A DNA stretch of 64,000 bases from Camelus dromedarius (taxonomy: Eukaryota). Where the stretch lies: positions 92,692,001 to 92,756,000 of the forward strand of contig NC_087437.1 of the NCBI RefSeq assembly GCF_036321535.1, written 5' to 3'. How positions within the stretch are numbered: the stretch's first letter is position 1; each line of letters opens with the position of its first letter. The notes under the pieces are model-generated. The model searched no databases and had not been told where the DNA came from. It saw nothing but the letters and a program-made list of their open reading frames with translations. The position numbers were made by a program, and so were the translations under genes. Positions 51,210 to 64,000 of this stretch are shown here, in pieces.

Positions 51210-51428
51210 CAAGGGTGGGAAAACTACTACTTCAAATCTACTCTGCCACTTATTTTTGTTTAAAAAAAAGAAATTTTATTGGCACACTGCCATAATCATT
51301 TTACAGGTTGTCTGTAGCTGCTTTTCCACCACAGCCAGAGTTAAGAAATTACCATGCAGATTTTCTCACACACAAAGCCTAAAATATTTACTACTTGGTT
51401 CTTTACAGAAAAAGTACACCAATCCCTA
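51210..51428. mobile_element. MER58A hAT-Charlie MITE
   Basis: TTTTATTGGCACACTGCCA...ACAAAGCCTAAAATATTTACTA...CTTTACAGAAAAAGT. Confidence 0.8.
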
Positions 51429-54400
51429 CCCTAGAAGACACTTATTTTAAATGTGGGTCATGGGGCTGGCCACCATGGTTTGGACCCTTGGGGCATGCAT
51501 GTAATGTGCCAGGGACCCCTAGTATTTAGGGAGCCCAGGTCTGCACATCCCAGTGAGGTGGGGAGGGCAATGGTCCTCAGTCTGCCTTGAGGACAGGTTG
51601 GGTCTTGAGGTTGAGCATCTAGGATGCTACTACCTGGCTGAGGACTGTGGTGGGCATGGGTGGAGGGGCAGGGGGTATGACTCATGTTTATTTCATGAGG
51701 ACACTTCCATTTCTGCCTCCTGACACCACGGTCTTCTTTCATTTCTTCTCTCTGTGGATGCTTCTCTAGCACACTGTCAGCATCCATTCCTCTGTTGGGA
51801 TGTTAAAATTTGAAGTGCATCATAGCCCAACTGTGAGCTCTTTTATTTCTATGCTTTAAAAAATATTCATAATAATCACCTCTGGGCAATCAAATCCACC
51901 TCTAAGGTTTTAATGAATGACTCTATGCTTATAAACCTCAGATTTTACCTCCCATCCAGGATTATATATACAACTGCCTAGTTGACTTTATGACCTAGAT
52001 ACTTTTAGGACATCACATATTTAAAATGGCCCAACACTCAAAGAAATAATACAAATTTTAAAAATAAAAAAATAAATGTTAAAAAATGTGAGTCTTTGGG
52101 TACAACCTGTGCGACAGAATCAGAAAATCTGTTTCAGGAACTTGGTAACCTGCATTTTAACAACTATCACATGGGATTTCTAACAGGGCACATACAGTTA
52201 GAAATGGGAAAGAGTTACAACTGGAAAAAGTGGAGAACATAATTCTTCAAATTGTCTACACATTGTCTTTACACACACACACAAAAATACTTTGAAGTAT
52301 TTACATAGCCTACCTGATTTAGTGTTATACTCAATTGTCTTCTATCTCTTTTACAGAAGAAAGTAGGGCTAAGGGATACATTCATTCATTACCTGACCAA
52401 ATAATTTGTCCTATAGCCTTAACAAAGTTATCATCTAAACAACATGTAAATAACAGTTTAGTCCATTTTAACTTTAAAAAATATTTCTTAATCTTTGAAT
52501 TTAAAAATGGACATATTCTTATAAAAATTCAAGCAAAAAATGGTGAAAATAATTACTGAAAATCTCCCTTCACCCAAGCCCCTGTTTCCATTTCCTAGTG
52601 GCTACAACAATTAGTTCTTCAGTGTTTAATCTTTCAGGCTCCTTTTTTATCTCCAAGGAATTTCTATGAGTATTTCATATGGAAAGGTCTTCCCACACTT
52701 TCTATATTTACATTTTCCCCAAATGCTAGATGAGCTGCACATCAAGACTCATTCAGCAGGCCTTTGTTCAGTGCTGACTCTGAGCTGACCTCCGATGGTA
52801 CAGGACTGGTGGCCCAGGAAGCAATGGCTATGAGTTGGACTGGAAGTCAGGAAAGCTGTGAAACACATACAGTTTCCCACAATTTCTCATTTTTGAGAAA
52901 TACATCCTTTTTGCTTCATATTATTTTATCCTCCTGGCATTTACTCACTTAAACCCTAAAGATTTTCTGTTTCCCCAGGTACATTTCTGCTCTTCTCTTC
53001 CCTTTCCCATTTATCTGCATTCCCTTCCTTTTGGTACGGGTGGTTTTGTGTCCATGGGTGACTCATGCGTTTTCCCCCTCAGCACTGCCAGCCCAGCCGG
53101 AAGTCTGTTTCTGTGACTTTCAGTAAACAGACACTGCCATGTCTCCTCTTCTGTGAACTTCTTTTGGAGAGATGTTAGACTGCTGCCATAGACATTTATG
53201 GTAACTTCAGCAATTTCTTATTACAGAGCAAGGCACATGCCATCATTGTTTTGCCTACTTTCCATTTCAGTCTATCTCTTGAAGTAAAGGATATTAACAC
53301 AGTCACCCTTTCTATCTTAATCACTGACTGCGCTCTGTAATTTGGTGCTTATAACTGTACAATTTTCTTTCAGGGTCTATGCCTTTCTTTCCCATGTTGC
53401 CATCTACTTTACCTTGTCCTTCTCTATTTGTTGAATAATTATTTCTAGCCTTTCCCACCAGGTAATGAAACTTTTAAACCCAGGAATTATATTACTCTGT
53501 TCACCTGCTTTTCAAATACAAAAATATTCACCTGTGAAATAAATCTGCATTGGTGAAACCTAGTTCTTTGTCTATTGACAAATATTAGCTTTCTACTGTT
53601 GATTCACCTTCTGCCGTCAGAAATTTTACAAAACAGGTGTAAAGAGAAATATGCATGAGAAACTGCTTAAATCATTCTTGCTTTGCTCACAAAAGCTTCT
53701 CTGTTCATATCTTTTCTTTCTTCCCCTTTCCTCCTGTAATGTAGCATCCCTTATTATAGCATGCTACTTCTTGCTACTTTTTCCCCCCAAATCCTATGAT
53801 CTGTAATTCCAGAGGGTTTTTCAAATGGACACTTCTGTTCTTTGTTGAAAACTGACAGAATGATAGGAGGATTAGCAGTGAAACTGTCAGCAAAGGGTGA
53901 GAGGGGAAAATAAGAATAAAATAAGGAGCAAGAGGGTAATTTAAGGGAAATAATGTGTAAAACCATAAACCAAGGACATGAGACTATCATTAGTTTTTTT
54001 ATAAGGCCACGGATGAAGAAGCATGCTGATAAACTGAATGAATGGTATAGCTTAAACTTGCCAATAATCATTATATATGATTTCCATAGTCAATCAGAAG
54101 TTGAAAGTATGATCATTGTTATGTTTATTTCCTGAATAAAACTACACTATGATTAATAGAATACCATAAGAAATCTGCATGGCTCTCTCTAGTGTATAGC
54201 CTGTGGATGAGAATGATAACGAAATTCCTTTCTTATAACCTACATGTGTAAGATAAGGAAAAGGACAGGAGGGCTCCCCTCTGTTTTGTCATTTGCCTTC
54301 CCCCATCTCCCCAACTTGAGTGGAAGTGGTCCATTGTGCCTCAGCTATATTTGGTACAGTTCTCAATACAATAACATCTCTGGCTACATTGTAACTGTTT

Positions 54401-54794
54401 ATGCACTTGTCTGCCAGCCCTACTAGACTGGGAGACAGATCAGGAATTGATGCTAATGTATCTTTTTATTCCCCTCAGCATCTAGCTTTATTTTTCTCAA
54501 GAAATGTTTGATGTACAGGTATAGGGATGAATGAAAGAGTGAGGGAAGATAACCAAGATGATTTTCTCTTGCATTTGTTATTATATGACAAAATGATCAG
54601 AATATAATTAACGTACCAAGTTTTAATATTTTTGTGCTACACACTCCAGATTTTTGTGTAACACCAAATGACAGAAACTGTTCAAAAGGAGCATGAGAGA
54701 ATAGATCTCATTGCTCCATTAAGATTCCCCAAAGAGGGAATAACTACCAGGACTAGTGCTCTATTGAATTCACTAAAATACTAGTAACAACAAC

Positions 54795-54955
54795 AGTAAA
54801 AGCTAAAATACATTGAATGTTTCCCATATGCCACATGCCATTCTAAGCACCCTACCAAGCAGGTTATATTTTTCCCATTTGGCCAAAAAGGAAACTGAGG
54901 CAACAAGTGGTAAAGTAATTGCCCAAGAACACAAGTAGCCAGTGAAGTTACTGAG
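54795..54955 (-). mobile_element. MIR SINE
   Basis: ATGCCA...TTCTAAGCAC...CCCATTT...AGGAAACTGAGGCA...AAGTAATTGCCCAAG. Confidence 0.75.
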
Positions 54956-55893
54956 TGATGAGCCAGCATTACCATCATAGGATGAGATCAGAATATTCTC
55001 ATGACACGATGTTTCTTGGCATTTATCACACTTTGTAATTATACGTTTAGTCTTTGAATATGTGACTAAGGTGTGCCTTTCCTACTCGACTCCACACTTC
55101 ATCACAGTAGAGCTGTGTCTGGTTTTGCCCCTAACACATGGTAGGCACTCGATATTTCTTGAATAAATGACAAGGCTAGCTGCTACTCAGAAGCCAGCAC
55201 CCCATTGACGCAGTACAAGAAAAGTCAATTGTTCTGAAATTCTTTCTAAATACTCACTGAATGTGAGGAATCCTACAAGTATTTCTAGGTGGAGGTTTGA
55301 GACTTAGAAGACATAGACCAGATTACCTGTCTGCTTGTCATCAACAGCATGGAGAGCCTCCAACATGAGCACCCCAGGCCTGACTGTGGTACACCAGTTT
55401 CCTCAAATTGTGTAGAAGGATACTGCAGTTTCCTCAGCATTTTTTCTCATATTATCAGGGAAACATTATTCCTTTATACTAGCCCATTTTCTCCTGAAGT
55501 CCCAGTGAATCTCACCTCCTCTCTTTCATCAGGAGACATCCCTGGACATAGTCAGAAGCTGAAAGCTCCTCAGCACCAGACCCGACCAGCCGCAATACAT
55601 GTCTTCCCTAGAGGTAGCAAGCCTCTTTGTACAGAAAAGGTCTCTGGTCCTATACTTGACATTTGGCTTATCTTCTTTTACCTCCAGTGGATCCTGGAAT
55701 CATTATCCCGCTGTTTCCTGACCAGTTGAGATTCTTCTCCCCTCATCTACCTCCCCTCATTTCAACATGTGCAATTACATTCTGGTACCCACTGTGCCCC
55801 ACTTAAGCTGCATTTTATCCTCCCCAGGACCGTCAACATCACAGCACTTGTCAATCAAGTGACTATATCTTCTTACATCAACTTTTCCATTCT

Positions 55894-56559
55894 CTTTTTT
55901 TTTAACATTTTTTATTGAGTTATAGTCATTTTACAATATTGTGTCAAATTCCAGTGTAGAGCACAATTTTTCAGTTATACATGAACATATATATATTCAT
56001 TGTCACTTTTTTTTTTCACTGTGAGCTACCACAAGATCTTGTATATATTTCCCTGTGCTATACAGTATAACCTTGTTTATCTATTCTGCAAATGCCTGTC
56101 AGTATCTACAGATTTTGAAATCCCTGTCTGTCCCTTCCCACCCTCCACCCCCTTGGCAACCACAAGTTTGTAGTCTATGTCTATGAGTCTGTTTCTGTTT
56201 TGTATTTATGTTCTTTTTTTTTTTTTTAGATTCCACATGTGAGCAATCTCATATGGTATTTTTCTTTCTCTTTTTGGCTTACTTCACTTAGAATGACATT
56301 CTCCAGGGACACCCATGTTGCTGCAAATGGCGTTGTCGTTTTTATGGGTGAATAGTATTCCATTGTATAAATATACTACATCTTCTTTATCCAGTCATCT
56401 GTTGATGGACCTTTAGACTGTTTCCATGTCTTGGCTATTGTAAATAATGCTGCTATGAGCATTGGGATGCAGGTGTCTTTTTGAAGGAGGGTTCCTTCTG
56501 GATATATGCCCAGGAGCAGGATTACTGGGTCATATGGTAAGTCTATTCCTAGTCTTTTG
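55894..56559 (-). mobile_element. Young lineage-specific L1, 5'-truncated, with TSD
   Basis: ORF2 C-terminus LPYDPVILLLGIYP...CIPMLIAALFTIAKTWKQSKGPSTDDWIKKM; poly(T) on +; perfect 14-bp TSD AACTTTTCCATTCT (55880-93, 56560-73). Confidence 0.96.
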
Positions 56560-56579
56560 AACTTTTCCATTCTTCAGCA

Positions 56580-57335
56580 GAATTCAATTTAAAAAGCATT
56601 TATTGACTATTTACCTGCATAGGTAAGCACTTTGGGGAATTCAGAGATGGATAATACTCTGAGGCTCCACCTCAGGGAGTTTTCCAGTTTTTTGGGAGAC
56701 TCAAACACAAACTATAATAAAAGGTAGAATAATCCTACTCTACAGTATACATAAAAATAAAGTGTTCTGAAAAATTAATCCAGCCGTAAAATGGCTTCAC
56801 AGAGGAGATGGCTGAGTTAAGATTTAAAGGATATATGGAATTTTGACAGAAAGAAATGAGGAGGGAGGAAGAATAATCCTGACAGAGGGAACCCCACCAG
56901 CAAAGACAGAGTGGTTATTGAGTCCATAATTTATTTGGAGACTAGTGGGTGGATGAAGGTAGAAGTAGAACCAAGATCATGGATCAGACTAAAAAGACTG
57001 TTTAGAGCCTTAACTGACTTAGGAAGAAGGTTGGACTTTGTAGACAATGAGGAGACATCAAAACTTTTGAGCAGAGATATGTCATGATTAAGACCCTCAT
57101 TTAGGAAAATCACTCGCTATGAACAGCAAACAGATTGAAGAGGGTTTAAAATGGAGACCAGAATTTTTAAAAGGACTAATTGTTGTGTGTCTCACTAATG
57201 TGTTAGTGAGAGAGAGACTTAACAAAGGCAGTAGCAGTGGGAAAGGGAAGTAAGGATGAATGAGATGCCCTTAGGAAGTAGAATGGACAAGTCTGAAAAA
57301 ATTAAGAAAGAAAAAAAGTAACGGATGACACTACG
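56580..57335 (-). mobile_element. L2 fragment
   Basis: AAGCATTTATTGA...GGCTTCACAGAGGAG...TTTTGAGCAGAGA...AGGAAAATCACTC...AGGAAGTAGAATGGACA. Confidence 0.7.
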
Positions 57336-58899
57336 TTATGGCTGGCCTGCACAGTAGAATCCCTACAGAACTCCCCTGACAGTCTCAACAGTATTTTCTA
57401 TGGTACTTTTGCAGGGACCTTTCTAGTACAGTCCTTGCCACCAGTTATAACAATTCTACTACTAACAGCAAATAACTGTGGAAAAGTTCACAATGAAAAC
57501 AATGCAGTCAAATTATGTTAGAGCTGGAATGACTCTGAAAATCTAGTTTAATCTTAGAGAGTCTAATGTATCTCTCTTAGTTTGTAGTTAATAAAATCAA
57601 GGGAAAGAAAATTAATGTGAGTCAGGACTAGAAATACCTGACAGCTGTCTTCTGCTCCAGTACTCTTTCCATTCACCGTCCCTGTTTCTAATAACCTAAA
57701 AGTCAACTTCTTAGGAGAAATTAGTTGACAACCAATACAGCAAAATCTAGACACAGAACAAAGGGTCTGGGGAAAAAAAAAATCACCTTAGCACGGGGAC
57801 ACTCAAAGATGGACAAGCGCAAGGGAAATTAGACAGACAAATGTAACTCTATTTAATTATCACATTGAGACACTTAAGGACCTGCCTATCAAAATTTGTG
57901 TGCCACGACTTTCACTAATGGCTCCTAAAAAGTCTTTTTTTAACCTGATTTTTTTAACCTGACTTCAGATAATGTATGATCATTTGCTTAGCAAAATAGA
58001 GAATAATTACTTAGTAACCTCCTTAACTTAATTCTTCAAATATAATATTAAGTACCTTCCTATTTGAGATATAATGTATGAATTTATCTTGTCTTACTGG
58101 ACACAAATTTTTGTTTATCTTCTTTATTTCCTCTTCTATTTTTCAAATTGTTTGATCAAGTGGAGAGACCAGTCTGGGAGACGGAGCTATAATAGGGTCT
58201 CATACATCCTGAGAAGAGACGGTTTACTTCTTGATTTCTCTTTGTTCTACTAAAAGTCATGCAAAATGCTAGAAAACTTTTCTTATTAAGTGTGTTATTT
58301 ATGTGTTCTTGATTTTTTGTCCAATGAGTTTTTTTTCTTTTTACCATATTTATGCTTTAATAATAATATTCTGTTCCATGTCAGCTTTATTCCACCCCAT
58401 CTTTTGCTTTATCTCTTAATTTCATGTTTACTACCCATTCCTATCCATGTTACAGTGAAAACAATTATTTGACACCAAATCTCACACTGGAGTTCTTGGC
58501 CCACCACCAACCCTCACATCTCCCAAGCACAAATACACAAATTTGGCTGCAATTCACCTACTTTGTACTTCTCTCTTTAACAGGAAAAAACGTGGGGGGT
58601 AGGGGGGTGGGGGGAGTGGAAAGGATTTTCATGCAGTCAAGCCAAGACTACACTTATACAGAATGGTTTAATTGTCAATAGAACAGGTTAATAGAGCTAC
58701 AGCTTTTGGTTTCCTATCTCTACTCCTGCCTTAGGTAATTTCATCAAGACACAGTACATAATTATGATCTTTAGTCTGATATCTCCCAAATTTCTACCTC
58801 TAGCCCTTACCTCTCTCCCTAATTCCCAACTATATAATCAACTGCCTACTAACCATCCCTGTTAAGATGCCTTGTAGACATTAAAACCAATCTAAAATT

Positions 58900-59075
58900 T
58901 CCATTTAGCTGTGTCATTCTGGCAAATTTCCTAATCTTTCTAAGTCTTGGTTTTCTTATCGACAAATTGGGGAGAGTATTATCTATTTCAAAGGGATGAT
59001 GTTGGTATGAAATAAGTTCATGATCATAAAATATCTAGTATGGGTAGGAATTGGTACATAATAGACACTCAGTGA
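58900..59075 (+). mobile_element. MIR SINE
   Basis: TAGCTGTGTCATTCTGGCAAATTTCCTAATCTTTCTAAGTCTTGGTTTTCTTATC. Confidence 0.65.
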
Positions 59076-60899
59076 CTCAACGTCTTCCTTCCTTCTTATT
59101 CTCTCTCATTCCTTCCATTCACTCCCAGATCATTGTTTCCCTTGCCCCCACCTTATCTCCTGGTTCTATCTTACTTCCTGGTTCTCTGTTCCCTCATTCA
59201 AAGGAGCTGTACAACCACCTCGGTCTCCCAGGTAATAATGATGCCACCCGTTCTACCACTTCCTCATCCATCAAATCCCACCAGCTGCTGTGTGCAAACC
59301 AAGCAAACAAAGTAAATAGACAGCAATTGTTTTTTTTAAGAGTTGTGTTTTCTATTATATTTGTCATTGCTTTTGTATTCTTTTGAATATAAATATATTT
59401 TGCTGTATATATAACACTGATGGTTATAACTATGCTTGAAATTCAGCATTTTCCAGTTATAGCTGAACAAAACTGCAGAACATTAAGTTTCTACTTTGAA
59501 AGCTGCATATGTTAATTACTGTAACTGCCTAATCTACATATTCCAGCACATTACTTGACTAATCCATAACTGGGCTTTCCTACATTACTCTGAGAAATTA
59601 AGAACTGGCTATTCTTAAATAAATGTCAAAACTTCTTGGAATAAATAAAACTATTTATCCTAAACATGACGCATCCTTGCCAAACACAGATAATGAGCAC
59701 TAATGATAAACTCTAGCACTGTAAAAAAGCAGCTTAAAATCCTTTTAGGGTTTCTTTTCAAAAAAAACACCACTCTCTCACTAAAAAGTGAGGAAAGTTT
59801 TACCAACAACAACAAAAAACTCTTTAGACAAGTGGAAATGTTGTCCACAGCTACGCTTGCCAAGTGAAGAAAAGATAATGCCCAAGACGTGCATATCCAA
59901 GCTTGTTGGGTAAAGAATAGATTTCAAATGTGTTTCCAAAAACATTCATTACAAAACAGTCAGGTTTACCTTTTTGAATTGTTAGTTCCTAAGTCATATA
60001 AAAAGTTCATATTCCAAAGATTTTCAGCTTGCTGTGAACAAAATACTGTGTGTCAATTCACATTTGACACACTAAAATACTTTTTAAAATATTCTGAATT
60101 GGCCTTTTAAAAACAATTCAGGCATTCAACTTTATGTATTCACCTCTATTCCTACTTAAATATGAACATGTGGAAAAGAAGTTCACCAGGGGATAGATAA
60201 TATGCAGCAATTTGAAGCAAGGAAACATGACTTGACATCTTGTCTGGTTGACAGAAAACCAAATAATAGACAGCTCACAATAGCAAAAACTGATGCTAGA
60301 ACTGTTTCAGAGGATTATGTCCTGAAAGCATAAGTAACCCTTTGAATCAATTTCTGAGACTAGATGCGGCAACCGAAGCTTGTGCTTCACATCCATCAGA
60401 GACTGGAAGGAAAAATAATCATTTTTATACTCTTTCATGAGCCATAATCTCCATAATGGATATATGGGAGTACTGGCCTCTAAGAGATAAAATGTCTTCT
60501 AGACTTGCTTTAAGCATTCTGATCTTGTACTGTCTTTAGCCCCACGGTTTGTCTCACTAAGAGTGGAATATTTGCAATGCTCTTTCCTGAGTAGTCAGCA
60601 TGTGTTTACTTCCCAGCTCAGCTGGATGCTTTATCCTACATAGACATGTAATGCAATCCAACTAGGGAATGGTGAGGGGACTCTCACAATTAGAGTGCAT
60701 GTATTCTAACTATACAAAAATTTAAATTCAGAGAATAAACATAACAGAATTAATTTGTTCATTACATAGCTACAATTAAAAAGCTTCTATGTTCCAGTCC
60801 TGAGTCTTCAGAGGTAAATGAGACCCTCTTTTCCTACAGCAAAGATTTATCTAGTGGGAGTGTTATCTAAAAAAGATGGTTCAGCACATTCCTTGTTAT

Positions 60900-61390
60900 G
60901 TGGCTTACTCTCAGAAATTTCTTTTTTTATCATCCAGCATTAATTTTGTAATCTTCCCAACTTGCAGTAATCTTCTTCCCCATTGTTTTTATCTGCCCTA
61001 ATACAACCCTTTGTAGGAGACAATAAGAAGTTTATTTCTTCTACTTTAAATGCTTTCAAGTATTTGAGAATTATTATTGTTGTCATGACTATACATTTTT
61101 AAACTTTGGTTCTGTTTTTTTATTTTATGGCTAAACCTCCCCAATCTGCAGTGATCATTTCAGTTTTGAAATGATTTTCAGACCCCTTAATATCCTGATT
61201 GCACCTCTGGGTTCTTCTGATTTATCAGTGTCCTTCTTTGGGGTTATTCAGAAGTGAAAGCAGTGTTCCAGGTGCATCCACTCCAACAGCAGAGACATTA
61301 TCCCGAATTTGGCTTCCACGGTTTCTTTCTTTCTTATTTTTTTTATATATGACCTAATAGAACATTAGCTTTTGAATGGTTTTGTGATAT
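60900..61390 (-). mobile_element. CR1/L3 LINE ORF2 3' remnant
   Basis: Minus-strand translation ~LEHCFHF*ITPKKDTDK...AIRILRGLKIIS resembles CR1 LEYCVQFW.P.YKKD.D.LE..Q..ATKMIRGL. Confidence 0.65.
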
Positions 61391-61454
61391 TTGGACTCTA
61401 ACTGTGTTGTTGACTAATGAAAATTTTTGCAAGAACATGGTTAAATCTCTTGTT

Positions 61455-64000
61455 GAGGATGTCAGCAAAATGGCAGCAAAGGAATTGCTAGTGCTTGTCC
61501 CACCCTCAGAAATATCAATTTGAGTAACTCTCTGTAAACAAAAAATATCTTCAAAAAAGCTAAAATTCTAGGTGACAGATTATAGCACCTGAGTGAAGCA
61601 TAGAAATAATAAGACACCTTGAGGAGGGTAGAAAAGATAGAATCACATTACCCCCATCACCCTCTCCCAAGGCCAGGTAGCCCAACATAGAGAGAGACCA
61701 CACAGAGAAGACACACCCTCCCTGTGGGAGAAGGAGCGTGAAATGAGTGCCCTACTTCACCATGGCTCCCAGAGCCAGCTGGCCCCAGCACCAGGCCAGC
61801 TCCTGAGGACCCAGTGTCTCCTTGTGGGTTCCTACACCCCCAGCTCACCCCAGTGCCTGCTGGCTGCAATGGCCCCAGTTGGCTTCCATTGGCCCCAAGC
61901 TCCCAGCAGGCTCCTGTGAGTCTACACTCCCTGCTCATCCTGGCACCAGCGGGTTCCCACAGCCTCAAAAGCTCCCATGGCCCCAGGATCCCAACAAACT
62001 CTAGCAATCCCAGGCTCCAGGTGGGCACCCACAAACCCAGGCTTCTTGCCAGGCCCAGGATCAGGCCTACTACTACTACAGACCCAGGCTTTTGACCCAC
62101 CCCAGCACCAGGCACATGGCCCATGTTTCCCCCCAGTACCAGGCTGGTCCACAAACCTAGACTCCAGACCAGACCTGCAAACCCAAATTCCCAGCCCACA
62201 CTAGCATCTGGCCACCCCTACAGCCTCAGCCTCAAGACCATCCCCTAAGGATTCAGGCTCCTGGCCTGCCCCAGAGCCAGACCAACCACCACAGACCACA
62301 GGATCATAGATAATCAAAGAAAGAAGACACCACCAAAGGAAACTAATAAAAATCCAATGGCTGGCCCTAAATAAATGGAAATCAATGAACAGTCTGACAA
62401 AAAATTCAATACAATCCTCTTAAAGAAATTCAGTGAACTATAGGAAAACAGATATAGACAACTACATAGAAATTAGGAAAACAATGTATAAACAAAATGA
62501 AAAGTTCTACAACAACAACAAAAAAATAGAAACCAATTTAAAAAACAAAACAGAAGAATGCAATGAACTGAAAATTCAAAAGACAGCTCCAATAACAGAT
62601 TCAACCAAGCAGAAGAAAGAATTCATGAACTTATAGATGGGTCATTTGAAGTCATCCAGTCAGAGGAGCAAAAAGAAAAAAAGAATAAAAGAGTGAAGAA
62701 AGCCTATGTAAATTATGGGATGCCATTAAGGGAAACAATCTATGTATTATTAGAGTCCCAGAAGGAGAGGAGAAATGGGCAGAAAGCTTATTTAAAGAAA
62801 CAATGGCTGAGAATGTTCCAAATCTCAGAGAGATTGGGACATCCAAGATTATGACAATGTTTTATGTAATCCTCAGAGTAACCACAAAGCAAAATTTATA
62901 GTAGATACAAAATATAAAAAGAAGAGAGTCAAAGTGTACTACTATGAAAAATTATCAATTCACAAAGAAAGAGCAATTCACAGCAAAAGAGAGATTAAAA
63001 AACAAGAGGACCACAAAACAGACAGAAATCAACTAATAAGATGTCATTTGTAAGTCCATATGTATCGATAATTACTTTAAATATAAATGGATTAATTCTT
63101 CAATCAAAAGGCATACAGTAGTTGAATAGATTCAGAAACAAGATCAAATTAAGTACTACCTACAAGACACTCACTTCAACTTTAAGGATACATATGGGCT
63201 AAAAGGAAGAGACAGAAAAAATATTCCAAGCAATTCAAAACCATAAGAGAACAGGAGTGGCTCTACTTATATCAGACAAAATAGACTTTAAGTCAAATAT
63301 GGTAACAAGAGGCAAAGAATAGTGTTATATAACGACAAAGGGGTCAATTAATCAAGAATATATAACAATTGTAAATATACATACACTTAATTATATTAAG
63401 CAAATATTAACAAATCTAAAGAGAGAAATAGACAACAGTACAATAACAGTAGTAGATACTGATATTCTACTTTCAACAACAGGTAAATCATCTAGAGAGG
63501 AAATCAATAAGGAAACATTGGATACGAACTATACCTTAGACCAAGTGGACCTGACAGACGTTTGAAAAACATCCCACCCAACAGCAGCAAAATACACATT
63601 CTTCTCAATGCACATGGCACATTCTCCAGGATAGATTATACGTTAGGTCACAAAAACAGCCTTAGCAAATATAAGACAACTGAACTCATACTAACTATCA
63701 TTTCCAACAACGATGGTATAAAACTAGAAATCAAAACCAGGAGGAAAACTGGAAAATAAACAAATGTGTGAAAATTAAACAACACCCTTGTAAAAAACCA
63801 ATATGTCAAAGAAGAATTCAAAAAGGAAATTAAAAAATATCTTGAAACAAATTAAAATGAATACACAGAATACCAAAACTTACATAATAGAGCAAAAGCT
63901 CCCTATGAGGGAAGTATATAGTGATAAATGCCTATATTAAGAAAAAAGATCATAAATAACAACTTTACACCTCAAGGAACTATAAAAAGAAGAACAAACT
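61455..64000 (+). mobile_element. L1 5' half (L1MA/L1M2-like): 5'UTR with internal GC-rich repeats, partial ORF1 and degraded ORF2 endonuclease; runs off the window
   Basis: Start GAGGATGTCAGCAAAATGGC. ORF1-like SLCKLWDAIKGNNLCIIRVPEGEE...MAENVPNL at 62701. ORF2 start at 63041 MSFVSPYVSIITLNINGL and HGTFSRIDYTLGHK...GIKLEI. Many stops and frameshifts. Confidence 0.95.

Noticed and set aside
53374..53461. + strand exon candidate (TTTTCTTTCAG ... CAG|GTAATG)
   Set aside because: The pyrimidine-rich body looks intronic; such pseudo-exons are common by chance.
57190..57211. 9-bp-arm hairpin TCTCACTAA-tgtg-TTAGTGAGA
   Set aside because: Short enough to be expected by chance and lies within an L2 remnant.
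61657..62199. 180-aa minus-strand ORF, the longest in the track
   Set aside because: Antisense reading of the repetitive GC-rich L1 5'UTR; low complexity, no domain.

Overview
This is AT-rich, CpG-poor mammalian genomic DNA, most likely from a camelid: it carries a tRNA-Ala-derived Vic-1-type SINE, and I see no Alu, B1/B2, Bov-tA, PRE-1 or Can-SINE. I find no convincing cellular protein-coding sequence; the only recognisable ORF-track entries are decayed LINE fragments. Much of the window is interspersed repeats: L1 (including a 5'UTR/ORF1/ORF2-endonuclease remnant at 61.5-64 kb), L2, MIR, CR1/L3, MaLR/ERV solo LTRs and hAT/Tigger MITEs. The non-repeat signals fit the inside of a very long gene transcribed on the minus strand. 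These are a CpG-enriched promoter-like island at ~4.06-4.55 kb, several short, probably non-coding minus-strand exon candidates with strong splice sites, YAG|GTRAG recursive-splice-like junctions, and mostly + strand (antisense) L1s. I cannot identify the gene. No previously undescribed system is demonstrated. The best leads concern RNA processing (candidate 5'UTR exon chain, a NAGNAG-toggled uORF, an inverted L1 pair around one exon, recursive sites), plus a perfect 20-bp hairpin and a degenerate ~29-bp array. Repeat family names come from memory of consensus sequences, and boundaries are approximate unless TSDs are cited.
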